From Chitinophagaceae bacterium (GTDB taxonomy: Bacteria; Bacteroidota; Bacteroidia; Chitinophagales; Chitinophagaceae): a stretch of 53,216 nt of DNA. Each line of letters starts with the position of its first letter. Position 1 is the first letter of the stretch. The translations under genes and the position numbers were made by a program. Of this stretch, positions 8,685-18,158 are shown piece after piece. The notes below the pieces were generated by a model, which saw only the letters and a program-made list of their open reading frames with translations, was not told where the DNA came from and made no database searches. The DNA is taken from assembly GCA_016787125.1 (NCBI GenBank), contig JAEUVM010000194.1, positions 1 to 53,216 on the forward strand. Direction: 5' to 3'.

Positions 8685-8971
8685 TGTCAGTCAACAAAGG
8701 AATACGAAAGGTTTGCGCAACCGGGCATCTATTTTATAAAAGTAGTTCCTGCCCGGTATGCCCCGTTTGTGAAAAAGAGAAAGTGCCGGCCGGTTTTCCA
8801 GGAGGCCTCAGCGCCCCGGCAAGAAGAGCACTTGAAAATGCTGGAATAAAAACACTGGCCGCATTGGCAAATCTTACTGAAAAGAATGTATTGCAACTGC
8901 ATGGCATGGGACCGGCCAGTATTCCTTTGCTGAAAGCAGCACTAAAAGCAAAAGGTCTTTCCTTCAAATAA
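8681..8971 (+). CDS. Small protein with Cys-rich N-terminus and RNA polymerase alpha-CTD-like (HhH) domain
   Basis: CATGHLFYKSSSCPVCPVC followed by LSAPARRALENAGIKTL...LHGMGPASIPLL. Confidence 0.8.
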   Translation: MMSVNKGIRKVCATGHLFYKSSSCPVCPVCEKEKVPAGFPGGLSAPARRALENAGIKTLAALANLTEKNVLQLHGMGPASIPLLKAALKAKGLSFK

Positions 8972-9027
8972 AACACTTTATATACCTGAAACAAAAACCA
9001 CGATTCTTTTACTTTAAAAAATAGTTT

Positions 9028-9468
9028 ATGGAAAAACTCACTCTCTCCACACTGATCAATGCCCCAAGGGAAAAAGTATGGAGCACTTTATGGGATGATG
9101 CTTCTTACCGTGCCTGGACCTCGGCTTTCACCGAAGGGTCACATGCCCAAACAGACAACTGGAAAGAAGGCAGCAAAGTACTCTTTCTTGATGGCAACGG
9201 CCGCGGCATGGTAAGTATGGTGGCGGCAAACAGGCCCAATGAGTTCATGTCGTTTCGCCACCTGGGTGAAATAAATAACGGCGTGGAAGATACCACCAGC
9301 GATAAAGTAAAGGAATGGGCCGGCTCGCATGAAAATTATACCCTCGCTGATGATGGAAGCGGCACATTGCTTACCGTAGATATGGATATCAATGATGAAT
9401 TCAAAAGCTATTTTGAAAAAACCTGGCCGCTGGCGCTGGAAAAGCTTAAAGCGCTGGCCGAAGCCTGA
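9028..9468 (+). CDS. SRPBCC (START-like) domain protein
   Basis: INAPREKVWSTLWD...YRAWTSAF...WKEGSKVLF; C-terminal helix WPLALEKLKALAE. Confidence 0.88.
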   Translation: MEKLTLSTLINAPREKVWSTLWDDASYRAWTSAFTEGSHAQTDNWKEGSKVLFLDGNGRGMVSMVAANRPNEFMSFRHLGEINNGVEDTTSDKVKEWAGSHENYTLADDGSGTLLTVDMDINDEFKSYFEKTWPLALEKLKALAEA

Positions 9469-9519
9469 GCCTTTTTATCCGCATTTCTCCGCTATTTTTT
9501 CATATATAAAAACCAACGT

Positions 9520-9927
9520 ATGCCTTCCAAAATTTTTGTGAACCTGCCAGTGAAAGACCTGAAACGGTCAATGGATTTTTTTACAGCACTGGGATTCAGT
9601 TTTAATCCTCAGTTCACTGATGATAAAGCGGCATGTCTTGTAATTAATGATGGCAGTATTTATGTCATGCTGCTTACTGAGCCGATGTTTAAAAATTTTA
9701 CCCAAAAAGAAATTGCCGATGCCACCAAAACCACCGAAGTGCTGATAGCATTGGATGCCGAAAGCCGCGAAAAAGTGGACGAGTTGGTGGCCAAAGCGGT
9801 GGAAGCCGGCGGCTCGTTGTATGCCCAACCAGCCGATCATGGCTGGATGTACCAGCACAGCTTTGCTGACCCCGACGGACACCAGTGGGAACTTTGCTAT
9901 ATGGATGAAAGTAAACTTCCTTCCTGA
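9520..9927 (+). CDS. VOC/glyoxalase family protein
   Basis: IFVNLPVKDLKRSMDFFTALGFSFNPQFTD, DHGWMY, FADPDGHQWE. Confidence 0.92.
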   Translation: MPSKIFVNLPVKDLKRSMDFFTALGFSFNPQFTDDKAACLVINDGSIYVMLLTEPMFKNFTQKEIADATKTTEVLIALDAESREKVDELVAKAVEAGGSLYAQPADHGWMYQHSFADPDGHQWELCYMDESKLPS

Positions 9928-9971
9928 TAGCAATAAAAATGCAGGAGTCATCAATAACAAAAACAAACACA

Positions 9972-10358
9972 ATGAAAAAGACCAACATACTATTCTGGAT
10001 CGTTACAGTTTTGCTTTGCGGCTACATGGTGTACTCGGCTATTCCCGGTATCAGGATGACGGAAAAGACCATCGGCGTTTTTGCGTGGTTGGGTTATCCC
10101 AAATATTTCATCCCTATGATCAGTTGGGCAAAGCTGGCTGGTGTGGTGGCATTGCTGATACCGGTGAAAGGTTTCCGCACTATTAAGGAGTGGGCCTATG
10201 CCGGTCTTTTCTTCGACCTCGCCGGTGCATTGTATTCTGTTTACCAAATGGCGGGCTTTTTTACAGATATGCTCTGGTTTTTTATCCTGCCGATCATATT
10301 TCTGTTTATTTCATATTTCCTCTGGCGGAAAAAAGAAACGGCTGCTGTTGTTGCGTAA
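9972..10358 (+). CDS. DoxX-like family membrane protein
   Basis: LGYPKYF, AKLAGVVALL, KEWAYAGLFFDLAGA; start 9972 preferred. Confidence 0.88.
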   Translation: MKKTNILFWIVTVLLCGYMVYSAIPGIRMTEKTIGVFAWLGYPKYFIPMISWAKLAGVVALLIPVKGFRTIKEWAYAGLFFDLAGALYSVYQMAGFFTDMLWFFILPIIFLFISYFLWRKKETAAVVA

Positions 10359-10455
10359 ACAGAAGGCCCTTTGTTTATCCCTGGGCCGGTTATCTTAACC
10401 CCGTGTTATGATTCGGGCAGGCGTTGCTTCGTACCTTTGGTAAAACGAACAAGCG

Positions 10456-10920
10456 ATGAGAAAGATATTTTTTATCCTGAGTGTAGCGGCCCTTGTTGCC
10501 GCCTGTGGCAACAACAGTGCAGACAGTAACGACGTGATCGAAGATACCACCAACAGCGGTCCCGGCTATTCCTGGGAAGCTACATTGAATGATTCCACCG
10601 GCAGGCTGGAAGTGAAAAAAACGGAAACGGCATTCCCGGATTCACTTTCTGTATCCGCCATCCTTTCTTTTCTCAATAATAAATATACCAATGTGAAGGT
10701 GGTGGAAGACAAGCTTGCAGGTGATACTGTTTTTGTAAAAATACCGGAGGCTACTTACCTCACGCAACAAATGGGTTCTTCCGGTCCCACACTTTACCTG
10801 GCCGACCTGGTATATAACCTTACCGAATTACCCGGTATCCGCTTTGTGTATGTTGACCTGGAAGAAGGCGATCATGCCAGTCCGGGTACTTATAGCCGGG
10901 ATAGTTTTAAAGATGAATAA
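10456..10920 (+). CDS. Lipoprotein of unknown function (weak GerMN-like C-terminus)
   Basis: Lipobox LVAAC; LTQQMGSSG...VYNLTELPGIRFV...EGDHASPG; -7 box TACCTTTG at 10432-10439. Confidence 0.75.
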   Translation: MRKIFFILSVAALVAACGNNSADSNDVIEDTTNSGPGYSWEATLNDSTGRLEVKKTETAFPDSLSVSAILSFLNNKYTNVKVVEDKLAGDTVFVKIPEATYLTQQMGSSGPTLYLADLVYNLTELPGIRFVYVDLEEGDHASPGTYSRDSFKDE

Positions 10921-10924
10921 AAAT

Positions 10925-11062
10925 AAGCTGTCTCAAAAGTTTTTCAACACGGAGATACAGGGCAACAGAGATACACGGGGTATTGATTCGAAAGATGCAC
11001 TACTCTGTGTAACTCAAATTCCCGGTTTCCCTGTGTTGAAATTGTTCGTTTTGAGACAGCTT
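10925..11062. mobile_element. MITE-like element with perfect 14-bp terminal inverted repeats
   Basis: AAGCTGTCTCAAAA (10925-10938) and TTTTGAGACAGCTT (11049-11062); internal arms ttcaacacggag / cctgtgttgaa also pair. Confidence 0.7.
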
Positions 11063-11086
11063 TTCTTTGGGGCAACTATCCAATAC

Positions 11087-12040
11087 TTACTTAGGATATT
11101 TTTCCACCTTATTAGAAATAGGTTTAATGGTGCGCAGGTAGGCATAGATCGCTTTCAGGTCTTCCTCTTTCATTTTTCCATACATTGACCAGGGCATGTA
11201 AGTGTTCTCCCTGCCGGGTTTACGGTTCACCACTTCGGCAGATGAGTTGTTTTTGAATTTGCTGACAAACATCTCTTCTGTCCATGTTCCGATACCGGTG
11301 GCACTGTCTGGTGTGATGTTGGAAGATGCCACTTTAAACATTGGCACATCAAATACAAATCCGCCTGAATATGCTTTGCTGAAATCTGGCCCCTGCGGAC
11401 CCATGGGTGTATGGCAATCCATACAGGCCGCCGCATTGATCATGTATTCGCCATACTTCACTTTGTCTGACGGATCGGGTATCTTATTCTGTGCAATATC
11501 GTTGGCAGGCAGCGGGCCAAACATAGCTGCGGGTATAAAGAATTTCCTGGCAGGCACGGTGCTTTCCAGCGGTTTTAATGTGCGGATATATGCTACTATT
11601 GCCAGTACATCTTCTTTGGCCAGTCCGCTGTAGTGAGGATATGGCATAATGGGAAACAGGGTGTCTCCTTTTTTATTGATACCGCCCGTCAGGGTTTTTA
11701 TAATTTCTTCATCTGTCCAGTCTTTCAATGCAAAAGGAGTAATGTTCGGTGCTGTTACTTCACCGGGAATTCCTTCTGCTTTACCAAAAGCGAATCCGGC
11801 ACCGCCTCCTTCAGTGCCGGCAATGATGGGCATTGAATACAATGAAGTATCCCGCTTGCTATGGCAGTCCATACATACAGCCACATGGTTGGCGAGGTAA
11901 GAACCCCGTTCAATTACTTTTTTCAAAGAATCATCTGCACCGGCAGTACCGGAAGACGATTTTTTGTTGTTGCAGGATGAATAACAGGTGAGGAAAATGG
12001 CAGCGGCAATCAGGCCGGCCAGGGCAATTGATTTTCTCAT
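11087..12040 (-). CDS. Diheme cytochrome c, probable lipoprotein
   Basis: Two CMDCH heme motifs, each followed by a [P/S]NITP motif (PNITPF, SNITPD) and a distal Met (MPY, MPW). Confidence 0.9.
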   Translation of the reverse strand: MRKSIALAGLIAAAIFLTCYSSCNNKKSSSGTAGADDSLKKVIERGSYLANHVAVCMDCHSKRDTSLYSMPIIAGTEGGGAGFAFGKAEGIPGEVTAPNITPFALKDWTDEEIIKTLTGGINKKGDTLFPIMPYPHYSGLAKEDVLAIVAYIRTLKPLESTVPARKFFIPAAMFGPLPANDIAQNKIPDPSDKVKYGEYMINAAACMDCHTPMGPQGPDFSKAYSGGFVFDVPMFKVASSNITPDSATGIGTWTEEMFVSKFKNNSSAEVVNRKPGRENTYMPWSMYGKMKEEDLKAIYAYLRTIKPISNKVEKYPK

Positions 12041-12122
12041 ACAGGCGTAGGTTTAGGTGGTTGGTTGGTTTCTACAGGAAAGATAAATATTTATATCAAC
12101 AAATTAACAGCCGGGCTTGCAT

Positions 12123-12153
12123 AAAAAAGCAGGCCGGCTGAAAAGCCACCTGC
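12123..12153 (-). terminator. Intrinsic terminator (minus strand)
   Basis: Minus strand GCAGGtGGCT-tttc-AGCCggCCTGC-TTTTTT. Confidence 0.6.
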
Positions 12154-12341
12154 GGTCATTACAATGCTTAAATGTAAACATGAGAAAACAGGATCTGTGC
12201 GGGGTAATGCCATTGGTGTGAAGTCAATGTAAAACTACCGTGTGGAAGAGGCGGTTGCAAGTTTGTTTCACCGAAACATGAATTGCGAATGCCGGGTTTA
12301 TATTCAAGTCTTTCATCCGACTATTCTGCCGCTTATAGCAC

Positions 12342-12373
12342 AAAAGAAAAAGCCGCTCCTTGAAAAGAGCGGC
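12342..12373 (-). terminator. Intrinsic terminator of the susC-susD-DUF5011 operon
   Basis: GCCGCTC / GAGCGGC stem followed by a U-run on the minus strand. Confidence 0.75.
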
Positions 12374-12474
12374 CAGTTTGGACTTGCTGTAACTGCTTAC
12401 CGTCGGATTGCAACCAAAGGATCCGTGGCAGCAATGTCATGAGCAACAGCAGTCGTTCCCATTATTAAAAAGAA

Positions 12475-13116
12475 TTACTGTTTAATAAACACCCTTGTTC
12501 CCGTTCCGAATGATGGGTTGATCACATTCCAGGTAACGCCGGTGGCTGTGAAATTGATGTTGATCACCGACATGGTGCCAAAATCAGGCGTGGGCTGCGG
12601 CGGGCACACGTAAACATTCGGCGCCGTTTCCACCATGATCACTTTCGTGTTCACACTCACACCTGCGGCCCCGGGGTTTTTCAATTCATACACACCTTCG
12701 GCCAGTTTGGTAATAAAACAATTCAGCCCGGTAGCGGCACGCAGGTAGGTACCGGCACGGTTTGTCGTTCCTGTCACCCCGGTTACCGCCACCAGCCTGC
12801 TGGCCGTGGTTTCAAAACCATTGGCATTGGAGGCGCTGAATGTTACCACATACAGGCCGGGCACTGCTGTATTCACCGGGTTGGAGGTGGGTTGTATATC
12901 TGAGATGGCGCCGGTAATATCATCTTTCAGTTTGGCACCTGCATCTGTATAGGTGCTGCCTGTTTGCACTATCACCAGGGCGTTGCCGTTCAAGGTGATC
13001 TCCGGGTAACTTACTTTCACCGTTTTTGAGACATTCTCCGTCGTTTCTTTTTTGCAACCTGTTATCAGCAGTGCTGGCAGCAGTATCAGCAGCAGTATTT
13101 TACTATAATGTTTCAT
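12475..13116 (-). CDS. DUF5011 Ig-like domain lipoprotein (SusC/D-associated)
   Basis: Lipobox LITGC; YPEITLNG...YTDAGA...VNTAVPGLYVVTFSASNANG. Confidence 0.85.
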   Translation of the reverse strand: MKHYSKILLLILLPALLITGCKKETTENVSKTVKVSYPEITLNGNALVIVQTGSTYTDAGAKLKDDITGAISDIQPTSNPVNTAVPGLYVVTFSASNANGFETTASRLVAVTGVTGTTNRAGTYLRAATGLNCFITKLAEGVYELKNPGAAGVSVNTKVIMVETAPNVYVCPPQPTPDFGTMSVININFTATGVTWNVINPSFGTGTRVFIKQ

Positions 13117-13140
13117 CGCTGGGTTTTTTTGTATTAATAA

Positions 13141-14634
13141 TCAGTTTTGGCCGGTGGTGTTCACATCCCACCATACTTTGTCGGTTACTGTTTTCTGTGC
13201 CGGTGTGTTAGGATTGCTGGTTACTTCCGAATCGGGGTACAGTAATCTTGCCGGAAACTTATTGCCGATATTGCTGGTGGCAGATATGGTGAAAATATCC
13301 GGGTAACCCGTGCGCCGCCATTCCGTCCAGGCTTCCACATTTTGCGAGCCGCACATGCTGGTCCATTTCTGGAAGATGATCGCTTTTAGTTTTTGTTCCA
13401 ATGTACCGGCAACGGGATAATCAATCGCTGGTTGCGAAGCATAGGTGTTGAACTGTGCAATGCTCAGTCCCCAGCTAAGGAATGAAAGGGCTATTCCATC
13501 ATAGTATAATTGTTCTGCATCACCGGTACCCCAGCCTCTGGCCACGGCTTCTGCCTGGAGAAAATAACTTTCGGCTTCACTGATAAAGATCACTCTCGCT
13601 GCCGGTCCATCAGGACCGCCCACTGCAGCGCCGGGTTTGGAAAACTGCCTGTCATTCAGCGAAGCGGGGTTTGGCAGATTGCGGCCATTGCCTTGTAATA
13701 TACCTGCATGATTACCGGTATTGGGTGCGGCTGTGGCTCTTTTATAAAAAACATCTGCCCGCGGATCATTTAATGATAACAAAGAACCAAGTGCTGTCTG
13801 ACTGGCCAAAATGTTGAATTCTCCCACCGATTTTATATGTGCATACAGCGGATGCTGGTTGAAGGTGACATTGGTGAAAGGAACCGATGCTTCATCACCC
13901 TGGTCAATAAATTCATCGCCGGCTGCATACATGGCCTGTATGCCGGACTGTGCCACAGCAGGACGTACATAGGCCTGCCGCAGGTAAATCTTCAGCTTGA
14001 GTGTATTGCCAAATTTGCGCCACTGGTGCATATCGCCATGGTAAAAGAAATCATCAGTGCCCGGATGGCTGGTGCTGTTTTCGTCTACGAGTGCCAGACC
14101 ATCATTCACCAGTTTTATTAAACCATCATATACATCCTGCTGCGAATCAAACTTAGGTGTGGTCAATCCCTGACCGCCCTGCAAGGCTTCTGAAAAAGGA
14201 ATATCGCCATGCAGGTCCGTCATCACCTGGAAAATATAAGCCTGCATCAGTTTGGCTACAGCCGCATAATTCCTATTCCCGTTTTTTGAAGCTTCCTCCA
14301 CGATATAGCGAAGGTCATTCAGCGGACCTGCATACATATTTATCCATTGTGTATTGAAGGTGCTGCTGGTAATGCTGTACTGGTCATATGCCTGGAACTG
14401 ACTGCCCGTAGGCCCCTGTGTCCACACCTGTGCCCAGAAGCCGGCCAGCACCTGGTAGGGATTACCGAGATTGTAGGCGGCATAGCCTTGTGCGGTGGGC
14501 AATACAAGGTCTACCGTTGCCTTTGTCGGGTTATTGGGATCTACGTTTACATCGAGGTAGTCCTTTTTGCAGGAGACGGCCGTCATCAGCAGGGCAGCGG
14601 CGGCGGTCAGCTTTATTAATCTTATCGTTCTCAT
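13141..14634 (-). CDS. SusD/RagB family nutrient-binding lipoprotein
   Basis: Lipobox AVSC, DVNVDPNNP, TDLHGDIPFSEA, WRKFGNTLKLK, EAWTEWRRTGYP, DKVWWD. Confidence 0.95.
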   Translation of the reverse strand: MRTIRLIKLTAAAALLMTAVSCKKDYLDVNVDPNNPTKATVDLVLPTAQGYAAYNLGNPYQVLAGFWAQVWTQGPTGSQFQAYDQYSITSSTFNTQWINMYAGPLNDLRYIVEEASKNGNRNYAAVAKLMQAYIFQVMTDLHGDIPFSEALQGGQGLTTPKFDSQQDVYDGLIKLVNDGLALVDENSTSHPGTDDFFYHGDMHQWRKFGNTLKLKIYLRQAYVRPAVAQSGIQAMYAAGDEFIDQGDEASVPFTNVTFNQHPLYAHIKSVGEFNILASQTALGSLLSLNDPRADVFYKRATAAPNTGNHAGILQGNGRNLPNPASLNDRQFSKPGAAVGGPDGPAARVIFISEAESYFLQAEAVARGWGTGDAEQLYYDGIALSFLSWGLSIAQFNTYASQPAIDYPVAGTLEQKLKAIIFQKWTSMCGSQNVEAWTEWRRTGYPDIFTISATSNIGNKFPARLLYPDSEVTSNPNTPAQKTVTDKVWWDVNTTGQN

Positions 14635-14655
14635 GATTTTCTTTTTTAATAATGA

Positions 14656-17600
14656 TTAAAATGTTACCCGCACATTAGCACCATAGCTTCTCAGTGAAGG
14701 GATAGTACCATATTCATATCCCTGCACATTGCCTGTACCGAAAGAGCTTGTTTCCGGATCGGAATAAGTATTCTCTTTCGGTGTTTTCAGCCAGAGGTTG
14801 CGGCCGGATATACCGATCACAATACTTTTGATGGCTTTGTTTTTAAACAGTGTGGAAGGCAGGCGATAGGTAAGTGCCGCTTCACGCAGTTTGATAAAGC
14901 TGGCATCCACCAGGTGCTCCATTGCACGGGGCGCACTGAATGAGGTCCAGTAGTTTTCTGCATTCTGCACGGGAGTGGTGTTTACCTGGTATTTGCCATT
15001 GGCATCTATGTATACACTTCCCGGCACCACGAAAGGAGTTCTGTCATTATATAATGTACGGGGGTCGGTACCTACAAACTCCTGCAATGATTTGGTGCGG
15101 GAATAAAACACACCACCTTGTCTTGCATCAAAAAGGAAAGAGAGGCTGAAGTTTTTGTAAGAAAAACTGTTGTTCAATCCTGCAAGAAAATCAGGCTGCA
15201 CATTGCCATGTATTTTAGCCACCGGGTCAGTAACGGGATAGCCGGTAACAGGATCCACCACAATATTACCATCAGGACTGCGCAGGAAAGAGGAACCAAA
15301 GAAGGAACCGTACGGTTCACCCACTTTGGCCACCATGGTGCCGCCATTGAAACCGCCCAGTGCAAGCTGGTCTGTACCGGGAAAGAGTTCCACCACTTTA
15401 TTCCTGTTGCGGGTAAAGGTGGCTGTCACCTCCCACGAAAAATCTTTATTCTTTACTGGTGTTGCTCTCATCATTACTTCGATTCCTTTGTTGGTGATAA
15501 GGCCGGCATTCAGCGTTTGCGTGGTATAGCCGGATGAAGCAGCGATGGGCACCGTAATGATCTGGTCTTTACTGCGGTTGGAATAATAAGTACCTTCTAT
15601 ATTCAGCCGGTTGTTGAAGAAGCCAAGTTCCAGGCCTGCTTCGTAGGAAGTGGTGATCTCCGGTTTGATGTTCGGGTTGCCGATCGCATTACCCTGTGTA
15701 AACCCGGGTACGCCATTCAGCGGGAAGTTTACCTGTGAGTTTTGCTGTCCATCTGTTACGGTTCCTGTAAGGAAAACAGATTCGAGCAGGTACGGTGCGG
15801 CATCATTACCCACCTGTGCAGCGCTGGCCCTTATTTTACCATAGGAAATAAACTTCGGCATCTTAAAGGCTTCGCTGAAGATGAAGGAACTGTTTACACT
15901 GGGATAAAAGAAATTGTTCTTACCCTGTGGCAGTGTGGACGACCAATCGTTGCGCCCTGTCATACCGAGAAAGAGATAATTCTTATATGCCAGGTTGATG
16001 TCTGTATATACACCATACAGGCGGCGCAGTGTGTACCCGTTGTTGGTGATGGGCGGCTGCGCAGAGTTAGCCAGGTTGTAATAAAAAGGAATGGTAAGTG
16101 AATTGATCTGGCTGAACTGGTTGTCGAGGTCACGCTGGCGGATATTATGTCCCAGCAATACGGACAATGTAAGGTCACGGGTAAGGTTTCGCTTTGCGGT
16201 GGCAATAAGATCTGATGTAAATTCCCTTATCCGGATGCTTGTTTCTGAATAGCGGCCGGGGAAATTGCTGCCCGCATTCTGACCGGCTGCATCTATCACC
16301 CGTTTTGATTCTATCTGCTTGCGCTTATCATTAGATACGTCTGTTCCCACCCGTAAACTGATGTCGATCCATTTTACAGGTTTGTAACCTATTTGTACAT
16401 TTCCAAGCACCCTGTCCACCACGGAAGTATAAGAATCTTCACCCAGCAGGTACCAGGGGTTTACGGTATAGGCGCCGTAGTAACCATTCAGGTCGTTGAA
16501 CTGGTTGTGATAATCTTTCAGTTCCAGCAGCGATATATCTCTTGGTGTTTGCAGCACCTGGTCGTAGGGAGAATTTCCCTGGCCCTGTACGGTCAGGTCG
16601 CCTTTTGCACGGATATAATTAAGTGTGGCAGACGTGTAGAATTTATCAGAAATATCTGCCGTACCGGAAAACTTAACCGAGCTCCTGTTGTAAGCCGTAC
16701 CGGGCATGATGCCTTTCTGGTCCACATTGTTGAATGACATGAAGAAACTTGTCTTCTCATTATTCAGCGCAAAGGATACGTTGTTGGTAAGCGTACGGCC
16801 GATGTCGAAGAACTCTTTTACATTGTTCTTCAAACCCACATACGGTTTTACCCGTTGTGAATCGCCGATCTGCTGTCCCCATGGACGAACCACGCCGTCG
16901 AACCGGGGGCCCCAGCTAAAGTTCTCTCTCGAATCAGGTGCACCTTGTCCGCCCTGGCCAAATTGATTCTGGTATTCGGGCAGTTTTAAAATTGACTCCA
17001 TATTATATGAGCTGCTCACCACCACTTCAGCTCTTTTCCCTCTCAGGCTTTTACCATTCTTGGTGGTGATAATAAGGGCGCCGTTGGCGGCACGGGTACC
17101 ATACAAGGCAGCGGCAGCGGGGCCTTTTAGTAATGTCACTGACTCCACATCTTCCGGGTTGATATCATTACCGCGGTTGCCGGCATCCACCTGGTTATTC
17201 AGGTTGTCGCCTGCATCCACCTGCGAGTTATCAATCGGAATACCATCCACCACGATCAGTGCCTGGTTGTTGCCGGTGATAGAAGTACCACCCCTGAATA
17301 CAATGCGGGTGGAACTGCCCACACCACCAGAGCTGCCGGATATCTGCACACCGGCCACTTTGCCCTGCAGTGAATTCAGCACACTGCGGTCGCGGCCCCT
17401 TGTCAGCTCTGCGCTTTTGATGGTTGATTGTGCATAGCCGATACTGCCTGCTTCACGCTTAATGGCATTGGCTGTTACAATCACTTCCCGCAGTTCACGG
17501 GCATTTTCTTCCAGTGCAATGTTAAGCGTGGCACCGCCAGACAACTTTGTTTCCAGTGTACCATAGCTTACAATGGAAAATACCAGTGTGGCATCTGCAG

Positions 17601-17793
17601 GCACGCCGGATAATGAGTAGTCGCCCTGTGCATTTGTTTGCACCGTGTTGTTAGTGCCTTTTACATTGACAGATACACCTGTTATTGGCGACCCGTCTTT
17701 TTTGTCTGTCACTTTACCGGAGATGGTCCTTTGCGCCTGCGCTAAAGAAAGCAATCCTGTAAAGAGTAGTACCGTGATCAGCAGCTTCTTCAT
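14656..17793 (-). CDS. SusC/RagA family TonB-dependent outer membrane transporter
   Basis: LQGKVAGVQI, DINPEDVESVTLLKGPAAAALYGTRAANGALIITTK, RNDWSSTLP, C-terminal F; start 17793 preferred. Confidence 0.96.
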   Translation of the reverse strand: MKKLLITVLLFTGLLSLAQAQRTISGKVTDKKDGSPITGVSVNVKGTNNTVQTNAQGDYSLSGVPADATLVFSIVSYGTLETKLSGGATLNIALEENARELREVIVTANAIKREAGSIGYAQSTIKSAELTRGRDRSVLNSLQGKVAGVQISGSSGGVGSSTRIVFRGGTSITGNNQALIVVDGIPIDNSQVDAGDNLNNQVDAGNRGNDINPEDVESVTLLKGPAAAALYGTRAANGALIITTKNGKSLRGKRAEVVVSSSYNMESILKLPEYQNQFGQGGQGAPDSRENFSWGPRFDGVVRPWGQQIGDSQRVKPYVGLKNNVKEFFDIGRTLTNNVSFALNNEKTSFFMSFNNVDQKGIMPGTAYNRSSVKFSGTADISDKFYTSATLNYIRAKGDLTVQGQGNSPYDQVLQTPRDISLLELKDYHNQFNDLNGYYGAYTVNPWYLLGEDSYTSVVDRVLGNVQIGYKPVKWIDISLRVGTDVSNDKRKQIESKRVIDAAGQNAGSNFPGRYSETSIRIREFTSDLIATAKRNLTRDLTLSVLLGHNIRQRDLDNQFSQINSLTIPFYYNLANSAQPPITNNGYTLRRLYGVYTDINLAYKNYLFLGMTGRNDWSSTLPQGKNNFFYPSVNSSFIFSEAFKMPKFISYGKIRASAAQVGNDAAPYLLESVFLTGTVTDGQQNSQVNFPLNGVPGFTQGNAIGNPNIKPEITTSYEAGLELGFFNNRLNIEGTYYSNRSKDQIITVPIAASSGYTTQTLNAGLITNKGIEVMMRATPVKNKDFSWEVTATFTRNRNKVVELFPGTDQLALGGFNGGTMVAKVGEPYGSFFGSSFLRSPDGNIVVDPVTGYPVTDPVAKIHGNVQPDFLAGLNNSFSYKNFSLSFLFDARQGGVFYSRTKSLQEFVGTDPRTLYNDRTPFVVPGSVYIDANGKYQVNTTPVQNAENYWTSFSAPRAMEHLVDASFIKLREAALTYRLPSTLFKNKAIKSIVIGISGRNLWLKTPKENTYSDPETSSFGTGNVQGYEYGTIPSLRSYGANVRVTF

Positions 17794-18158
17794 AAAAGTT
17801 AATTTTCGATTGATCAGATTTGTTTCTTTTGGTATGACACACTGCACAGCGTTTTTGCAAACTGGAAACATTCATTTATCACTGAAGCATGAAGAATGGA
17901 AACTGAATCATGATTTAAGCAGATAAAACAAGCAACCCGCATTTATCAATACAAACACTTGTTTATTATGGGTAAAATAATCTTGCTTGCAAAATGATGA
18001 TAGTTGAATACCGCTCATACAGGCATTTTACCCGTGCCACAAATTTCTTTGAGTACAAACAGCAATTGAATGCAATCGTTTGTCTTTTGTTTACATGTTA
18101 CCACGCATGAGATACTTCCTGGCCGGCTTAAATTTTTATAACCACTGCCCCTACTGGC

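Noticed and set aside
10844-11188. 114-aa ORF spanning the lipoprotein/cytochrome junction
   Set aside because: It reads through the MITE-like element and overlaps both real genes; no coding signal.
17794-18158. Riboswitch, invertible promoter or LytTR operator upstream of susC
   Set aside because: No cobalamin/TPP consensus and no flanking inverted repeats or recombinase; the two CATTTATCA copies are 67 bp apart, not LytTR spacing.
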